Part shown: in pieces, positions 10,465 to 25,436 of the stretch
Layout of the letters: each line of letters opens with the position of its first letter
Position numbering within the stretch: the first letter of the stretch is position 1
Assembly (NCBI GenBank): GCA_964016885.1
Contig: OZ024745.1
Coordinates: 60,078,001-60,142,000, forward strand
Direction: 5' to 3'
Length of the DNA stretch: 64,000 nt
Origin: Eledone cirrhosa
Lineage: Eukaryota
Translations under genes and position numbers: made by a program
Notes under the pieces: generated by a model
Told to the model about the DNA's origin: nothing
What the model saw: only the letters and a program-made list of their open reading frames with translations
The model's database searches: none

Positions 10465-12421
10465 GACTTGGAGTGAAAACCTCGACTTGGAGTGAGAACC
10501 TCGACTTGGAGTGAGAACCTCGACTTGGAGTGAAAACCTCGACTTGGAGTGAGAACCTCGACTTGGAGTGAAAACCTCGACTTGGAGTGAAAACCTCGAC
10601 TTGGAGTGAGAACCTCGACTTGGAGTGAGAACCTCGACTTGGAGTGAGAACCTCGACTTGGAGTGAAAACCTCGACTTGGAGTGAGAACCTCGACTTGGA
10701 GTGAGAACCTCGACTTGGAGTGAGAACCTCGACTTGGAGTGAAAACCTCGACTTGGAGTGAGAACCTCGACTTGGAGTGAGAACCTCGACTTGGAGTGAA
10801 AACCTCGACTTGGAGTGAAAACCTCGACTTGGAGTGAAAACCTCGACTTGGAGTGAGAACCTCGACTTGGAGTGAAAACCTCGACTTGGAGTGAGAACCT
10901 CGACTTGGAGTGAGAACCTCGACTTGGAGTGAGAACCTCGACTTGGAGTGAAAACCTCGACTTGGAGTGAGAACCTCGACTTGGAGTGAGAACCTCGACT
11001 TGGAGTGAGAACGTCGACTTGGAGTGAGAACGTCGACTTGGAGTGAGAACCTCGACTTGGAGTGAAAACCTCGACTTGGAGTGAAAACCTCGACTTGGAG
11101 TGAGAACCTCGACTTGGAGTGAGAACCTCGACTTGGAGTGAAAACCTCGACTTGGAGTGAGAACCTCGACTTGGAGTGAGAACCTCGACTTGGAGTGAAA
11201 ACCTCGACTTGGAGTGAGAACCTCGACTTGGAGTGAGAACCTCGACTTGGAGTGAGAACCTCGACTTGGAGTGAAAACCTCGACTTGGAGTGAAAACTTC
11301 GACTTGGAGTGAGAACCTCGACTTGGAGTGAGAACCTCGACTTGGAGTGAGAACCTCGACTTGGAGTGAAAACCTCGACTTGGTGCGAGAACCTCGACTT
11401 GGAGTTAAAACCTCGACTTGGAGTGAGAACCTCGACTTGGAGTGAAAACCTCGACTTGGAGTGAGAACCTCGACTTGGAGTGAGAACCTCGACTTGGAGT
11501 GGAAACCTCGACTTGGAGTGAAAACCTCGACTTGGAGTCAGAACCTCGACTTTGAGTGAAAACCTCGACTTGGGGTGAGAACCTCGACTTGGAGTGAAAA
11601 CCTCGACTTGGAGTGAGAACCTCGACTTGGAGTGAAAACCTCGACTTGGAGTGAAAACCTCGACTTGGAGTGAGAACCTCGACTTGGAGTGGAAACCTCG
11701 ACTTGTAGTGAAAACCTCGACTTGGAGTGAAAACCTCGACTTGGAGTGAAAACCTCGACTTTGAGTGAGAACCTCGACTTGGAGTGAGAACCTCGACTTG
11801 GAGTGAGAACCTCGACTTGGAGTGAGAACCTCGACTTGGAGTGAGAACCTCGACTTGGAGTGAAAACCTCGACTTGGAGTGAGAACCTCGACTTGGAGTG
11901 AAAACCTCGACTTGGAGTGAAAACCTCGACTTGGAGTGAAAACCTCGACTTGGAGTGAGAACCTCGACTTGGAGTGAGAACCTCGACTTGGAGTGACAAC
12001 CTCGACTTGGAGTGAAAACCTCGACTTGGAGTGAGAACCTCGACTTGGAGTGAGAACCACGACTTGGAGTGAAAACCTCGACTTGGAGTGAGAACCTCGA
12101 CTTGGAGTGAAAACCTCGACTTGGAGGGAAAACCTCGACTTGGAGTGAGAACCTCGACTTGGAGTGAGAACCTCGACTTGGAGTGAGAACCTCGACTTGG
12201 AGTGAGAACCTCGACTTGGAGTGAAAACCTCGACTTGGAGTGAAAACCTCGACTTGGAGTGAAAACCTCGACTTGGAGTGAGAACCTCGACTTGGAGTGA
12301 GAACCTCGACTTGGAGTGAAAACCTCGACTTGGAGTGAGAACCTCTACTTGGAGTGAAAACCTCGACTTGAAGTGTAAACTGCGACTTGGAGTGAGAACC
12401 TCGACTTGGAGTGAAAACCTC

Positions 12422-12877
12422 GACTTGGAGTGTAAACTGCGACTTGGAGTGTAAACTGCGACTTGCAGTGTAATGTACAACTTGGAGCATAATGTACAAC
12501 TTGGAGCATAATGTACGACTTGGAGCATAATGTACGACTTAGAGTGTAATGTAGGACTTAGAGTGTAATGTAGGACTTAGAGTGTAATGTAGGACTTAGA
12601 GTGTAATGTAGGACTTAGAGTGTAATGTAGGACTTGGAGCATAATGTAGGACTAGGAGCATAATGTACGACTTGGAGTGTAATGTAGGACTTGGAGTGTA
12701 ATGTAGGACTTGGAGTGTAAACTGCGAGTTGAAATATAAATTGCGACTTGGATTGTAAACCTTGACTTGCAGTGTATTGAACAACTTGGGGTGTATACTG
12801 CGGCTTGGAGTGTAAACTGCGGCTCCGAATATAAACTACGACTTGCAGTGTCATATATGACTCTGAGTGAAAACCTC
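12422..12877. repeat. Cassette 6 (TTGCAGTGTAATGTAC variant)
   Basis: Offset 127 monomers; variants shared with cassettes 23, 25 and 26. Confidence 0.95.
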
Positions 12878-14112
12878 GACTTGGGGTGAAAACCTCGACT
12901 TGGAGTGAGAACCTCGACTTGGAGTGAGAACCTCGACTTGGAGTGAAAACCTCGACTTGGAGTGAGAACCTCGACTTGGAGTGAAAACCTCGACTTGGAG
13001 TGAAAACCTCGACTTGGAGTGAGAACCTCGACTTGGAGTGAGAACCTCGACTTGGAGTGAAAACCTCGACTTGGAGTGAAAACCTCGACTTGGAGTGAAA
13101 ACCTCGACTTGGAGTGAAAACCTCGACTTGGAGTGAAAACCTCGACTTGGAGTGAGAACCTCGATTTGGAGTGAGAACCTCGACTTGGAGTGAGAACCTC
13201 GACTTGGAGTGAGAACCTCGATTTGGAGTGAGAACCTCGATTTGGAGTGAGAACCTCGACTTGGAGTGAAAACCTCGACTTGGAGTGAGAACCTCGACTT
13301 GGAGTGAAAACCTCGACTTGGAGTGAAAACCTCGACTTGGAGTGAAAACCTCGACTTGGAGTGAAAACCTCGACTTGGAGTGAAAACCTCGACTTGGAGT
13401 GAGAACCTCGACTTGGAGTGAAAACCTCGACTTGGAGTGAGAACCTCGACTTGGAGTGAAAACCTCGACTTGGAGTGAGAACCTCGACTTGGAGTGAAAA
13501 CCTCGACTTGGAGTGAGAACCTCGACTTGGAGTGAAAACCTCGACTTGGAGTGAAAACCTCGACTTGGAGTGAAAACCTCGACTTGGAGTGAGAACCTCG
13601 ACTTGGAGTGAGAACCTCGATTTGGAGTGAGAACCTCGACTTGGAGTGAGAACCTCGACTTGGAGTGAGAACCTCGACTTGGAGTGAGAACCTCGACTTG
13701 GAGTGAGAACCTCGACTTGGAGTGAAAACCTCGACTTGGAGTGAGAACCTCGACTTGGAGTGAAAACCTCGACTTGGAGTGAGAACCTCGACTTGGAGTG
13801 AAAACCTCGACTTGGAGTGAGAACCTCGACTTGGAGTGAGAACCTCGACTTGGAGTGAAAACCTCGACTTGGAGTGAGAACCTCGACTTGGAGTGAAAAC
13901 CTCGACTTGGAGTGAGAACCTCGACTTGGAGTGAGAACCTCGACTTGGAGTGAAAACCTCGACTTGGAGTGAAAACCTCGACTTGGAGTGAAAACCTCGA
14001 CTTGGAGTGAGAACCTCGACTTGGAGTGAAAACCTCGACTTGGAGTGAGAACCTCGACTTGGAGTGAAAACCTCGACTTGGAGTGAGAACCTCGACTTGG
14101 AGTGAAAACCTC

Positions 14113-14568
14113 GACTTGGAGTGTAAACTGCGACTTGGAGTGTAAACTGCGACTTGGAGTGTAATGTACAACTTGGAGCATAATGTACAACTTGGAGCAT
14201 AATGTACGACTTGGAGCATAATGTACGACTTAGAGTGTAATGTAGGACTTAGAGTGTAATGTAGGACTTAGAGTGTAATGTAGGACTTAGAGTGTAATGT
14301 AGGACTTAGAGTGTAATGTAGGACTAGGAGCATAATGTAGGACTAGGAGCATAATGTACGACTTGGAGTGTAATGTAGGACTTGGAGTGTAATGTAGGAC
14401 TTGGAGTGTAAACTGCGAGTTGAAATATAAATTGCGACTTGGATTGTAAACCTTGACTTGCAGTGTATTGAACAACTTGGGGTGTATACTGCGGCTTGGA
14501 GTGTAAACTGCGGCTCCGAATATAAACTACGACTTGCAGTGTCATATATGACTCTGAGTGAAAACCTC
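14113..14568. repeat. Cassette 7 (lacks the usual upstream leader)
   Basis: Offset 89 monomers; no CTCTAC monomer or lone TAAACTGC monomer upstream. Confidence 0.93.
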
Positions 14569-17266
14569 GACTTGGAGTGAAAACCTCGACTTGGAGTGAG
14601 AACCTCGACTTGGAGTGAGAACCTCGACTTGGAGTGAGAACCTCGACTTGGAGTGAAAACCTCGACTTGGAGTGAAAACCTCGACTTGGAGTGAAAACCT
14701 CGACTTGGAGTGAAAACCTCGACTTGGAGTGAGAACCTCGACTTGGAGTGAAAACCTCGACTTGGAGTGAAAACCTCGACTTGGAGTGAGAACCTCGACT
14801 TGGAGTGAGAACCTCGATTTGGAGTGAAAACCTCGACTTGGAGTGAGAACCTCGACTTGGAGTGAGAACCTCGACTTGGAGTGAGAACATCGACTTGGAG
14901 TGAGAACCTCGACTTGGAGTGAGAACCTCGACTTGGAGTGAGAACCTCGACTTGGAGTGAGAACCTCGACTTGGAGTGAGAACCTCGACTTGGAGTGAGA
15001 ACCTCGACTTGGAGTGAAAACCTCGACTTGGAGTGAGAACCTCGACTTGGAGTGAGAACCTCGACTTGGAGTGAGAACCTCGACTTGGAGTGAAAACTTC
15101 GACTTGGAGTGAGAACCTCGACTTGGAGTGAGAACCTCGACTTGGAGTGAGAACCTCGACTTGGAGTGGAAACCTCGACTTGGAGTGAGAACCTCGACTT
15201 GGAGTGAGAACCTCGACTTGGAGTGAGAACCTCGACTTGGAGTGAGAACCTCGACTTGGAGTGAAAACCTCGACTTGGAGTGAGAACCTCGACTTGGAGT
15301 GAAAACCTCGACTTGGAGTGAGAACCTCGACTTGGAGTGAAAACCTCGACTTGGAGTGAGAACCTCGACTTGGAGTGAGAACCTCGACTTTGAGTGAAAA
15401 CCTCGACTTGGAGAGAGAACCTCCACTTGGAGTGAGAACCTCGACTTTGAGTGAAAACCTCGACTTGGAGTGAGAACCTCGACTTTGAGTGAAAACCTCG
15501 ACTTGGAGTGAGAACCTCGACTTGGAGTGAGAACCTCGACTTGGAGTGAGAACCTCGACTTGGAGTGGAAACCTCGACTTGGAGTGAGAACCTCGACTTG
15601 GAGTGAAAACCTCGACTTGGAGTGAGAACCTCGACTTGGAGTGAAAACCTCGACTTGGAGTGAAAACCTCGACTTGGAGTGAAAACCTCGACTTGGAGTG
15701 AGAACCTCGACTTGGAGTGAAAACCTCGACTTGGAGTGAGAACCTCGACTTGGAGTGAAAACCTCGACTTGGAGTGAGAACCTCGACTTGGAGTGAAAAC
15801 CTCGACTTGGAGTGAGAACCTCGACTTGGAGTGAGAACCTCGACTTTGTGTGAAAACCTCGACTTGGAGAGAGAACCTCGACTTGGAGTGAGAACCTCGA
15901 CTTGGAGTGAAAACCTCGACTTGGAGTGAGAACCTCGACTTTGAGTGAAAACCTCGACTTGGAGTGAGAACCTCGACTTGGAGTGAAAACCTCGACTTGG
16001 AGTGAAAACCTCGACTTGGAGTGAGAACCTCGACTTGGAGTGGAAACCTCGACTTGGAGTGAGAACCTCGACTTGGAGTGAAAACCTCGACTTGGAGTGA
16101 GAACCTCGACTTGGAGTGAGAACCTCGACTTGGAGTGAGAACCTCGACTTGGAGTGAGAACCTCGACTTGGAGTGAGAACCTCGACTTGGAGTGAGAACC
16201 TCGACTTGGAGTGAAAACCTCGACTAGGAGTGAGAACCTCGACTTGGAGTGAGAACCTCGACTTGGAGTGAGAACCTCGACTTGGAGTGAGAACCTCGAC
16301 TTGGAGTGAGAACCTCGACTTGCAGTGAAAACCTCGACTTGGAGTGAGAACCTCGACTTGCAGTGAAAACCTCGACTTGGAGTGAGAACCTCGACTTGCA
16401 GTGAAAACCTCGACTTGGAGTGAGAACCTCGACTTGGAGTGAAAACCTCGACTTGCAGTGAAAACCTCGACTTGGAGTGAGAACCTCGACTTGGAGTGAA
16501 AACCTCGACTTGGAGTGAAAACCTCGACTTGGAATGAAGACCTCGACTTGGAGTGAGAACCTCGACTTGGAGTGAGAACCTCGACTTGGAGTGAGAACCT
16601 CGACTTGGAGTGAGAACCTCGACTTGGAGTGTAAACTGCGACTCTGAGTGAAAACCTCGACGTGGAGTAAGAACCTCGACTTGGAGTGAAAACCTCGACT
16701 TGGAGTGAGAACCTCGACTTGGAGTGAGAACCTCGACTTGGAGTGAAAACCTCGACTTGGAGTGAAAACCTCGACTTGGAGTGAAAACCTCGACTTGGAG
16801 TGAGAACCTCGACTTGGAGTGAAAACCTCAACTTGGAGTGAAAACCTCGACTTGGAGTGAGAACCTCGACTTGGAGTGAGAACCTCGACTTGGAGTGTAA
16901 ACTGCGACTCTGAGTGAAAACCTCGACTTGGAGTGAGAACCTCGACTTGGAGTGAAAACCTCGACTTGGAGTGAGAACCTCGACTTGGAGTCAGAACCTC
17001 GACTTGGAGTCAGAACCTCAACTTGGAGTCAGAACCTCGACTTGGAGTCAGAACCTCGACTTGGAGTCAGAACCTCGACTTGGAGTGAAAACCTCGACTT
17101 GGAGTGAAAACCTCGACTTGGAGTGAGAACCTCGACTTGGAGTGAGAACCTCGACTTGGAGTGAAAACCTCGACTTGGAGTGAGAACCTCTACTTGGAGT
17201 GAAAACCTCGACTTGGAGTGTAAACTGCGACTTGGAGTGAGAACCTCGACTTGGAGTGAAAACCTC

Positions 17267-17722
17267 GACTTGGAGTGTAAACTGCGACTTGGAGTGTAAA
17301 CTGCGACTTGGAGTGTAATGTACAACTTGGAGCATAATGTACAACTTGGAGCATAATGTACGACTTGGAGCATAATGTACGACTTAGAGTGTAATGTAGG
17401 ACTTAGAGTGTAATGTAGGACTTAGAGTGTAATGTAGGACTTAGAGTGTAATGTAGGACTTAGAGTGTAATGTAGGACTAGGAGCATAATGTAGGACTAG
17501 GAGCATAATGTACGACTTGGAGTGTAATGTAGGACTTGGAGTGTAATGTAGGACTTGGAGTGTAAACTGCGAGTTGAAATATAAATTGCGACTTGGATTG
17601 TAAACCTTGACTTGCAGTGTATTGAACAACTTGGGGTGTATACTGCGGCTTGGAGTGTAAACTGCGGCTCCGAATATAAACTACGACTTGCAGTGTCATA
17701 TATGACTCTGAGTGAAAACCTC
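17267..17722. repeat. Cassette 8
   Basis: Offset 166 monomers. Confidence 0.95.
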
Positions 17723-20700
17723 GACTTGGAGTGAAAACCTCGACTTGGAGTGAGAACCTCGACTTGGAGTGAGAACCTCGACTTGGAGTGAAAACCTCGA
17801 CTTGGAGTGAGAACCTCGACTTGGAGTGAAAACCTCGACTTGGAGTGAAAACCTCGACTTGGAGTGAGAACCTCGACTTGGAGTGAAAACCTCGACTTGG
17901 AGTGAGAACCTCGACTTGGAGTGAAAACCTCGACTTGGAGTGAAAACCTCGACTTGGAGTGAGAACCTCGACTTGGAGTGAGAACCTCGACTTGGAGTGA
18001 GAACCTCGACTTGGAGTGAGAACCTCGACTTGGAGTGAGAACCTCGACTTGGAGTGAGAACCTCGACTTGGAGTGAGAACCTCGACTTGGAGTGAGAACC
18101 TCGACTTGGAGTGAAAACCTCGACTTGGAGTGAGAACCTCGACTTGGAGTGAGAACCTCGACTTGGAGTGAGAACCTCGACTTGGAGTGAAAACTTCGAC
18201 TTGGAGTGAGAACCTCGACTTGGAGTGAGAACCTCGACTTGGAGTGAAAACTTCGACTTGGAGTGAGAACCTCGACTTGGAGTGAGAACCTCGACTTGGA
18301 GTGAGAACCTCGACTTGGAGTGAGAACCTCGACTTGGAGTGAGAACCTCGACTTGGAGTGAGAACCTCGACTTGGAGTGAGAACCTCGACTTGGAGTGAA
18401 AACCTCGACTTGGAGTGAGAACCTCGACTTGGAGTGAAAACCTCGACTTGGAGTGAGAACCTCGACTTGGAGTGAAAACCTCGACTTGGAGTGAGAACCT
18501 CGACTTGGAGTGAGAACCTCGACTTGGAGTGAGAACCTCGACTTGGAGTGAGAACCTCGACTTTGAGTGAAAACCTCGACTTGGAGAGAGAACCTCCACT
18601 TGGAGTGAGAACCTCGACTTTGAATGAAAACCTCGACTTGGAGTGAGAACCTCGACTTTGAGTGAAAACCTCGACTTGGAGTGAGAACCTCGACTTGGAG
18701 TGAGAACCTCGACTTGGAGTGAGAACCTCGACTTGGAGTGGAAACCTCGACTTGGAGTGAGAACCTCGACTTGGAGTGAAAACCTCGACTTGGAGTGAGA
18801 ACCTCGACTTGGAGTGAAAACCTCGACTTGGAGTGAAAACCTCGACTTGGAGTGAAAACCTCGACTTGGAGTGAGAACCTCGACTTGGAGTGAAAACCTC
18901 GACTTGGAGTGAGAACCTCGACTTGGAGTGAAAACCTCGACTTGGAGTGAGAACCTCGACTTGGAGTGAAAACCTCGACTTGGAGTGAGAACCTCGACTT
19001 GGAGTGAGAACCTCGACTTTGAGTGAAAACCTCGACTTGGAGAGAGAACCTCGACTTGGAGTGAGAACCTCGACTTTGAGTGAAAACCTCGACTTGGAGT
19101 GAGAACCTCGACTTTGAGTGAAAACCTCGACTTGGAGTGAGAACCTCGACTTGGAGTGAAAACCTCGACTTGGAGTGAAAACCTCGACTTGGAGTGAGAA
19201 CCTCGACTTGGAGTGGAAACCTCGACTTGGAGTGAGAACCTCGACTTGGAGTGAAAACCTCGACTTGGAGTGAGAACCTCGACTTGGAGTGAGAACCTCG
19301 ACTTGGAGTGAGAACCTCGACTTGGAGTGAGAACCTCGACTTGGAGTGAGAACCTCGACTTGGAGTGATAACCTCGACTTGGAGTGAGAACCTCGACTTG
19401 GAGTGAGAACCACGACTTGGAGTGAAAACCTCGACTTGGAGTGAAAACCTCGACTTGGAGTGAAAACCTCGACTTGGAGTGAAAACCTCGACTTGGAGTG
19501 AGAACCTCGACTTGGAGTGACAACCTCGACTTGGAGTGAAAACCTCGACTTGGAGTGAAAACCTCGACTTGGAGTGAAAACCTCGACTTGGAGTGAGAAC
19601 CTCGACTTGGAGTGAGAACCTCGACTTGGAGTGAAAACCTCGACTTGGAGTGAGAACCTCGACTTGGAGTGAGAACCTCGACTTGGAGGGAAAACCTCGA
19701 CTTGGAGTGAGAACCTCGACTTGGAGTGAGAACCTCGACTTGGAGTGAGAACCTCGACGTGGAGTGAGAACCTCGACTTGGAGTGAGAACCTCGACTTGG
19801 AGTGAAAACCTCGACTTGGAGTGAGAACCTCGACTTGGAGTGAAAACCTCGACTTGGAGTGAGAACCTCGACTTGGAGTGAGAACCTCGACTTGGAGTGA
19901 AAACCTCGACTTGGAGTGAAAACCTCGACTTGGAGTGAAAACCTCGACTTGGAGTGAAAACCTCGACTAGGAGTGAGAACCTCGACTTGGAGTGAGAACC
20001 TCGACTTGGAGTGAGAACCTCGACTTGGAGTGAGAACCTCGACTTGGAGTGAGAACCTCGACTTGGAGTGAGAACCTCGACTTGCAGTGAAAACCTCGAC
20101 TTGGAGTGAGAACCTCGACTTGCAGTGAAAACCTCGACTTGGAGTGAGAACCTCGACTTGCAGTGAAAACCTCGACTTGGAGTGAGAACCTCGACTTGGA
20201 GTGAAAACCTCGACTTGCAGTGAAAACCTCGACTTGGAGTGAGAACCTCGACTTGGAGTGAAAACCTCGACTTGGAGTGAAAACCTCGACTTGGAATGAA
20301 GACCTCGACTTGGAGTGAGAACCTCGACTTGGAGTGAGAACCTCGACTTGGAGTGAGAACCTCGACTTGGAGTGAGAACCTCGACTTGGAGTGAGAACCT
20401 CGACTTGGAGTGTAAACTGCGACTCTGAGTGAAAACCTCGACGTGGAGTGAGAACCTCGACTTGGAGTGAAAACCTCGACTTGGAGTGAGAACCTCGACT
20501 TGGAGTGAGAACCTCGACTTGGAGTGAGAACCTCGACTTGGAGTGTAAACTGCGACTCTGAGTGAAAACCTCGACTTGGAGTGAGAACCTCGACTTGGAG
20601 TGAAAACCTCGACTTGGAGTGAGAACCTCGACTTGGAGTCAGAACCTCGACTTGGAGTCAGAACCTCGACTTGGAGTCAGAACCTCGACTTGGAGTCAGA

Positions 20701-20990
20701 ACCTCGACTTGGAGTCAGAACCTCGACTTGGAGTGAAAACCTCGACTTGGAGTGAAAACCTCGACTTGGAGTGAGAACCTCGACTTGGAGTCAGAACCTC
20801 GACTTGGAGTGAAAACCTCGACTTGGAGTGAAAACCTCGACTTGGAGTGAGAACCTCGACTTGGAGTGAGAACCTCGACTTGGAGTGAAAACCTCGACTT
20901 GGAGTGAGAACCTCTACTTGGAGTGAAAACCTCGACTTGGAGTGTAAACTGCGACTTGGAGTGAGAACCTCGACTTGGAGTGAAAACCTC

Positions 20991-21446
20991 GACTTGGAGT
21001 GTAAACTGCGACTTGGAGTGTAAACTGCGACTTGGAGTGTAATGTACAACTTGGAGCATAATGTACAACTTGGAGCATAATGTACGACTTGGAGCATAAT
21101 GTACGACTTAGAGTGTAATGTAGGACTTAGAGTGTAATGTAGGACTTAGAGTGTAATGTAGGACTTAGAGTGTAATGTAGGACTTAGAGTGTAATGTAGG
21201 ACTAGGAGCATAATGTAGGACTAGGAGCATAATGTACGACTTGGAGTGTAATGTAGGACTTGGAGTGTAATGTAGGACTTGGAGTGTAAACTGCGAGTTG
21301 AAATATAAATTGCGACTTGGATTGTAAACCTTGACTTGCAGTGTATTGAACAACTTGGGGTGTATACTGCGGCTTGGAGTGTAAACTGCGGCTCCGAATA
21401 TAAACTACGACTTGCAGTGTCATATATGACTCTGAGTGAAAACCTC
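20991..21446. repeat. Cassette 9
   Basis: Offset 196 monomers. Confidence 0.95.
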
Positions 21447-22757
21447 GACTTGGAGTGAAAACCTCGACTTGGAGTGAGAACCTCGACTTGGAGTGAGAAC
21501 CTCGACTTGGAGTGAAAACCTCGACTTGGAGTGAGAACCTCGACTTGGAGTGAAAACCTCGACTTGGAGTGAAAACCTCGACTTGGAGTGAGAACCTCGA
21601 CTTGGAGTGAAAATCTCGACTTGGAGTGAGAACCTCGACTTGGAGTGAAAACCTCGACTTGGAGTGAAAACCTCGACTTGGAGTGAGAACCTCGACTTGG
21701 AGTGAGAACCTCGATTTGGAGTGAAAACCTCGACTTGGAGTGAGAACCTCGACTTGCAGTGAAAACCTCGACTTGGAGTGAGAACCTCGACTTGCAGTGA
21801 AAACCTCGACTTAGAGTGAGAACCTCGACTTGGAGTGAAAACCTCGACTTGCAGTGAAAACCTCGACTTGGAGTGAGAACCTCGACTTGGAGTGAAAACC
21901 TCGACTTGGAGTGAAAACCTCGACTTGGAATGAAGACCTCGACTTGGAGTGAGAACCTCGACTTGGAGTGAGAACCTCGACTTGGAGTGAGAACCTCGAC
22001 TGGGAGTGAGAACCTCGACTTGGAGTGTAAACTGCGACTCTGAGTGAAAACCTCGACGTGGAGTGAGAACCTCGACTTGGAGTGAAAACCTCGACTTGGA
22101 GTGAGAACCTCGACTTGGAGTGAGAACCTCGACTTGGAGTGAAAACCTCGACTTGGAGTGAAAACCTCGACTTGGAGTGAAAACCTCGACTTGGAGTGAG
22201 AACCTCGACTTGGAGTGAAAACCTCGACTTGGAGTGAAAACCTCGACTTGGAGTGAGAACCTCGACTTGGAGTGAGAACCTCGACTTGGAGTGAGAACCT
22301 CGACTTGGAGTGTAAACTGCGACTCTGAGTGAAAACCTCGACTTGGAGTGAGAACCTCGACTTGGAGTGAAAACCTCGACTTGGAGTGAGAACCTCGACT
22401 TGGAGTCAGAACCTCGACTTGGAGTCAGAACCTCGACTTGGAGTCAGAACCTCGACTTGGAGTCAGAACCTCGACTTGGAGTCAGAACCTCGACTTGGAG
22501 TGAAAACCTCGACTTGGAGTGAAAACCTCGACTTGGAGTGAGAACCTCGACTTGGAGTCAGAACCTCGACTTGGAGTGAAAACCTCGACTTGGAGTGAAA
22601 ACCTCGACTTGGAGTGAGAACCTCGACTTGGAGTGAGAACCTCGACTTGGAGTGAAAACCTCGACTTGGAGTGAGAACCTCTACTTGGAGTGAAAACCTC
22701 GACTTGGAGTGTAAACTGCGACTTGGAGTGAGAACCTCGACTTGGAGTGAAAACCTC

Positions 22758-23213
22758 GACTTGGAGTGTAAACTGCGACTTGGAGTGTAAACTGCGACTT
22801 GGAGTGTAATGTACAACTTGGAGCATAATGTACAACTTGGAGCATAATGTACGACTTGGAGCATAATGTACGACTTAGAGTGTAATGTAGGACTTAGAGT
22901 GTAATGTAGGACTTAGAGTGTAATGTAGGACTTAGAGTGTAATGTAGGACTTAGAGTGTAATGTAGGACTAGGAGCATAATGTAGGACTAGGAGCATAAT
23001 GTACGACTTGGAGTGTAATGTAGGACTTGGAGTGTAATGTAGGACTTGGAGTGTAAACTGCGAGTTGAAATATAAATTGCGACTTGGATTGTAAACCTTG
23101 ACTTGCAGTGTATTGAACAACTTGGGGTGTATACTGCGGCTTGGAGTGTAAACTGCGGCTCCGAATATAAACTACGACTTGCAGTGTCATATATGACTCT
23201 GAGTGAAAACCTC
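22758..23213. repeat. Cassette 10
   Basis: Offset 93 monomers. Confidence 0.95.
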
Positions 23214-25436
23214 GACTTGGAGTGAAAACCTCGACTTGGAGTGAGAACCTCGACTTGGAGTGAGAACCTCGACTTGGAGTGAGAACCTCGACTTGGAGTG
23301 AAAACCTCGACTTGGAGTGAAAACCTCGACTTGGAGTGAGAACCTCGACTTGGAGTGAAAATCTCGACTTGGAGTGAGAACCTCGACTTGGAGTGAAAAC
23401 CTCGACTTGGAGTGAAAACCTCGACTTGGAGTGAGAACCTCGACTTGGAGTGAGAACCTCGATTTGGAGTGAAAACCTCGACTTGGAGTGAGAACCTCGA
23501 CTTGGAGTGAGAACCTCGACTTGGAGTGAGAACCTCGACTTGGAGTGAAAACCTTGACTTGGATTGAGAACCTCGACTTGGAGTAAAAACCTCGACTTGG
23601 AGTGAGAACCTCGACTTGGAGTGAGAACCTCGACTTGGAGTGAGAACCTCGACTTGAAGTGAGAACCTCGACTTGGAGTGAGAACCTCGACTTGGAGTGA
23701 AAACCTCGACTTGGAGTGAAAACTTCGACTTGGAGTGAGAACCTCGACTTGGAGTGAGAACCTCGACTTGGAGTGAGAACCTCGACTTGGAGTGAGAACC
23801 TCGACTTGGAGTGATAACCTCGACTTGGAGTGAGAACCTCGACTTGGAGTGAGAACCTCGACTTGGAGTGAAAACCTCGACTTGGAGTGAGAACCTCGAC
23901 TTGGAGTGAAAACCTCGACTTGGAGTGAGAACCTCGACTTGGAGTGAAAACCTCGACTTGGAGTGAGAACCTCGACTTGGAGTGAAAACCTCGACTTGGA
24001 GTGAGAACCTCGACTTGGAGTGAGAACCTCGACTTTGAGTGAAAACCTCGACTTGGAGAGAGAACCTCGACTTGGAGTGAAAACCTCGACTTTGAGTGAA
24101 AACCTCGACTTGGAGTGAGAACCTCGACTTTGAGTGAGAACCTCGACTTGGAGTGAGAACCTCGACTTGGAGTGAGAACCTCGACTTGGAGTGAGAACCT
24201 CGACTTGGAGTGAGAACCTCGACTTGGAGTGAGAACCTCGACTTGGAGTGAGAACCTCGACTTGGAGTGAAAACCTCGACTTGGAGTGAGAACCTCGACT
24301 TGGAGTGAAAACCTCGACTTGGAGTGAGAACCTCGACTTGGAGTGAAAACCTCGACTTGGAGTGAGAACCTCGACTTGGAGTGAAAACCTCGACTTGGAG
24401 TGAGAACCTCGACTTGGAGTGAAAACCTCGACTTGGAGTGAGAACCTCGACTTGGAGTGAAAACCTCGACTTGGAGTGAGAACCTCGACTTGGAGTGAGA
24501 ACCTCGACTTTGAGTGAAAACCTCGACTTGGAGAGAGAACCTCGACTTGGAGAGAGAACCTCGACTTGGAGTGAAAACCTCGACTTTGAGTGAAAACCTC
24601 GACTTGGAGTGAAAACCTCGACTTGGAGTGAGAACCTCGACTTGGAGTGGAAACCTCGACTTGGAGTGGAAACCTCGACTTGGAGTGAAAACCTCGACTT
24701 GGAGTGAGAACCTCGACTTGGAGTGAGAACCTCGACTTGGAGTGAGAACCTCGACTTGGAGTGAAAACCTCGACTTGGAGTGAAAACCTCGACTTGGAGT
24801 GAAAACCTCGACTTGGAGTGAGAACCTCGACTTGGAGTGAGAACCTCGACTTGGAGTGACAACCTCGACTTGGAGTGGAAACCTCGACTTGGAGTGAAAA
24901 CCTCGACTTGGAGTGAATACCTCGACTTGGAATGAGAACCTCGACTTGGAGTGAGAACCTCGACTTGGAGTGAAAACCTCGACTTGGAGTGAGAACCTTG
25001 ACTTGGAGTGAGAACCTCGACTTGGAGTGAAAACCTCGACTTGGAGTGAGAACCTCGACTTGGAGTGAGAACCTCGACTTGGAGTGAGAACCTCGACGTG
25101 GAGTGAGAACCTCGACTTGGAGTGAGAACCTCGACTTGGAGTGAAAACCTCGACTTGGAGTGAGAACCTCGACTTGGAGTGAAAACCTCGACTTGGTGTG
25201 AGAACCTCGACTTGGAGTGAGAACCTCGACTTGGAGTGAAAACCTCGACTTGGAGTGAAAACCTCGACTTGGAGTGAAAACCTCGACTTGGAGTGAAAAC
25301 CTCGACTTGGAGTGAGAACCTCGACTTGGAGTGAAAACCTCGACTTGGAGTGAGAACCTCTACTTGGAGTGAAAACCTCGACTTGGAGTGTAAACTGCGA
25401 CTTGGAGTGAGAACCTCGACTTGGAGTGAAAACCTC

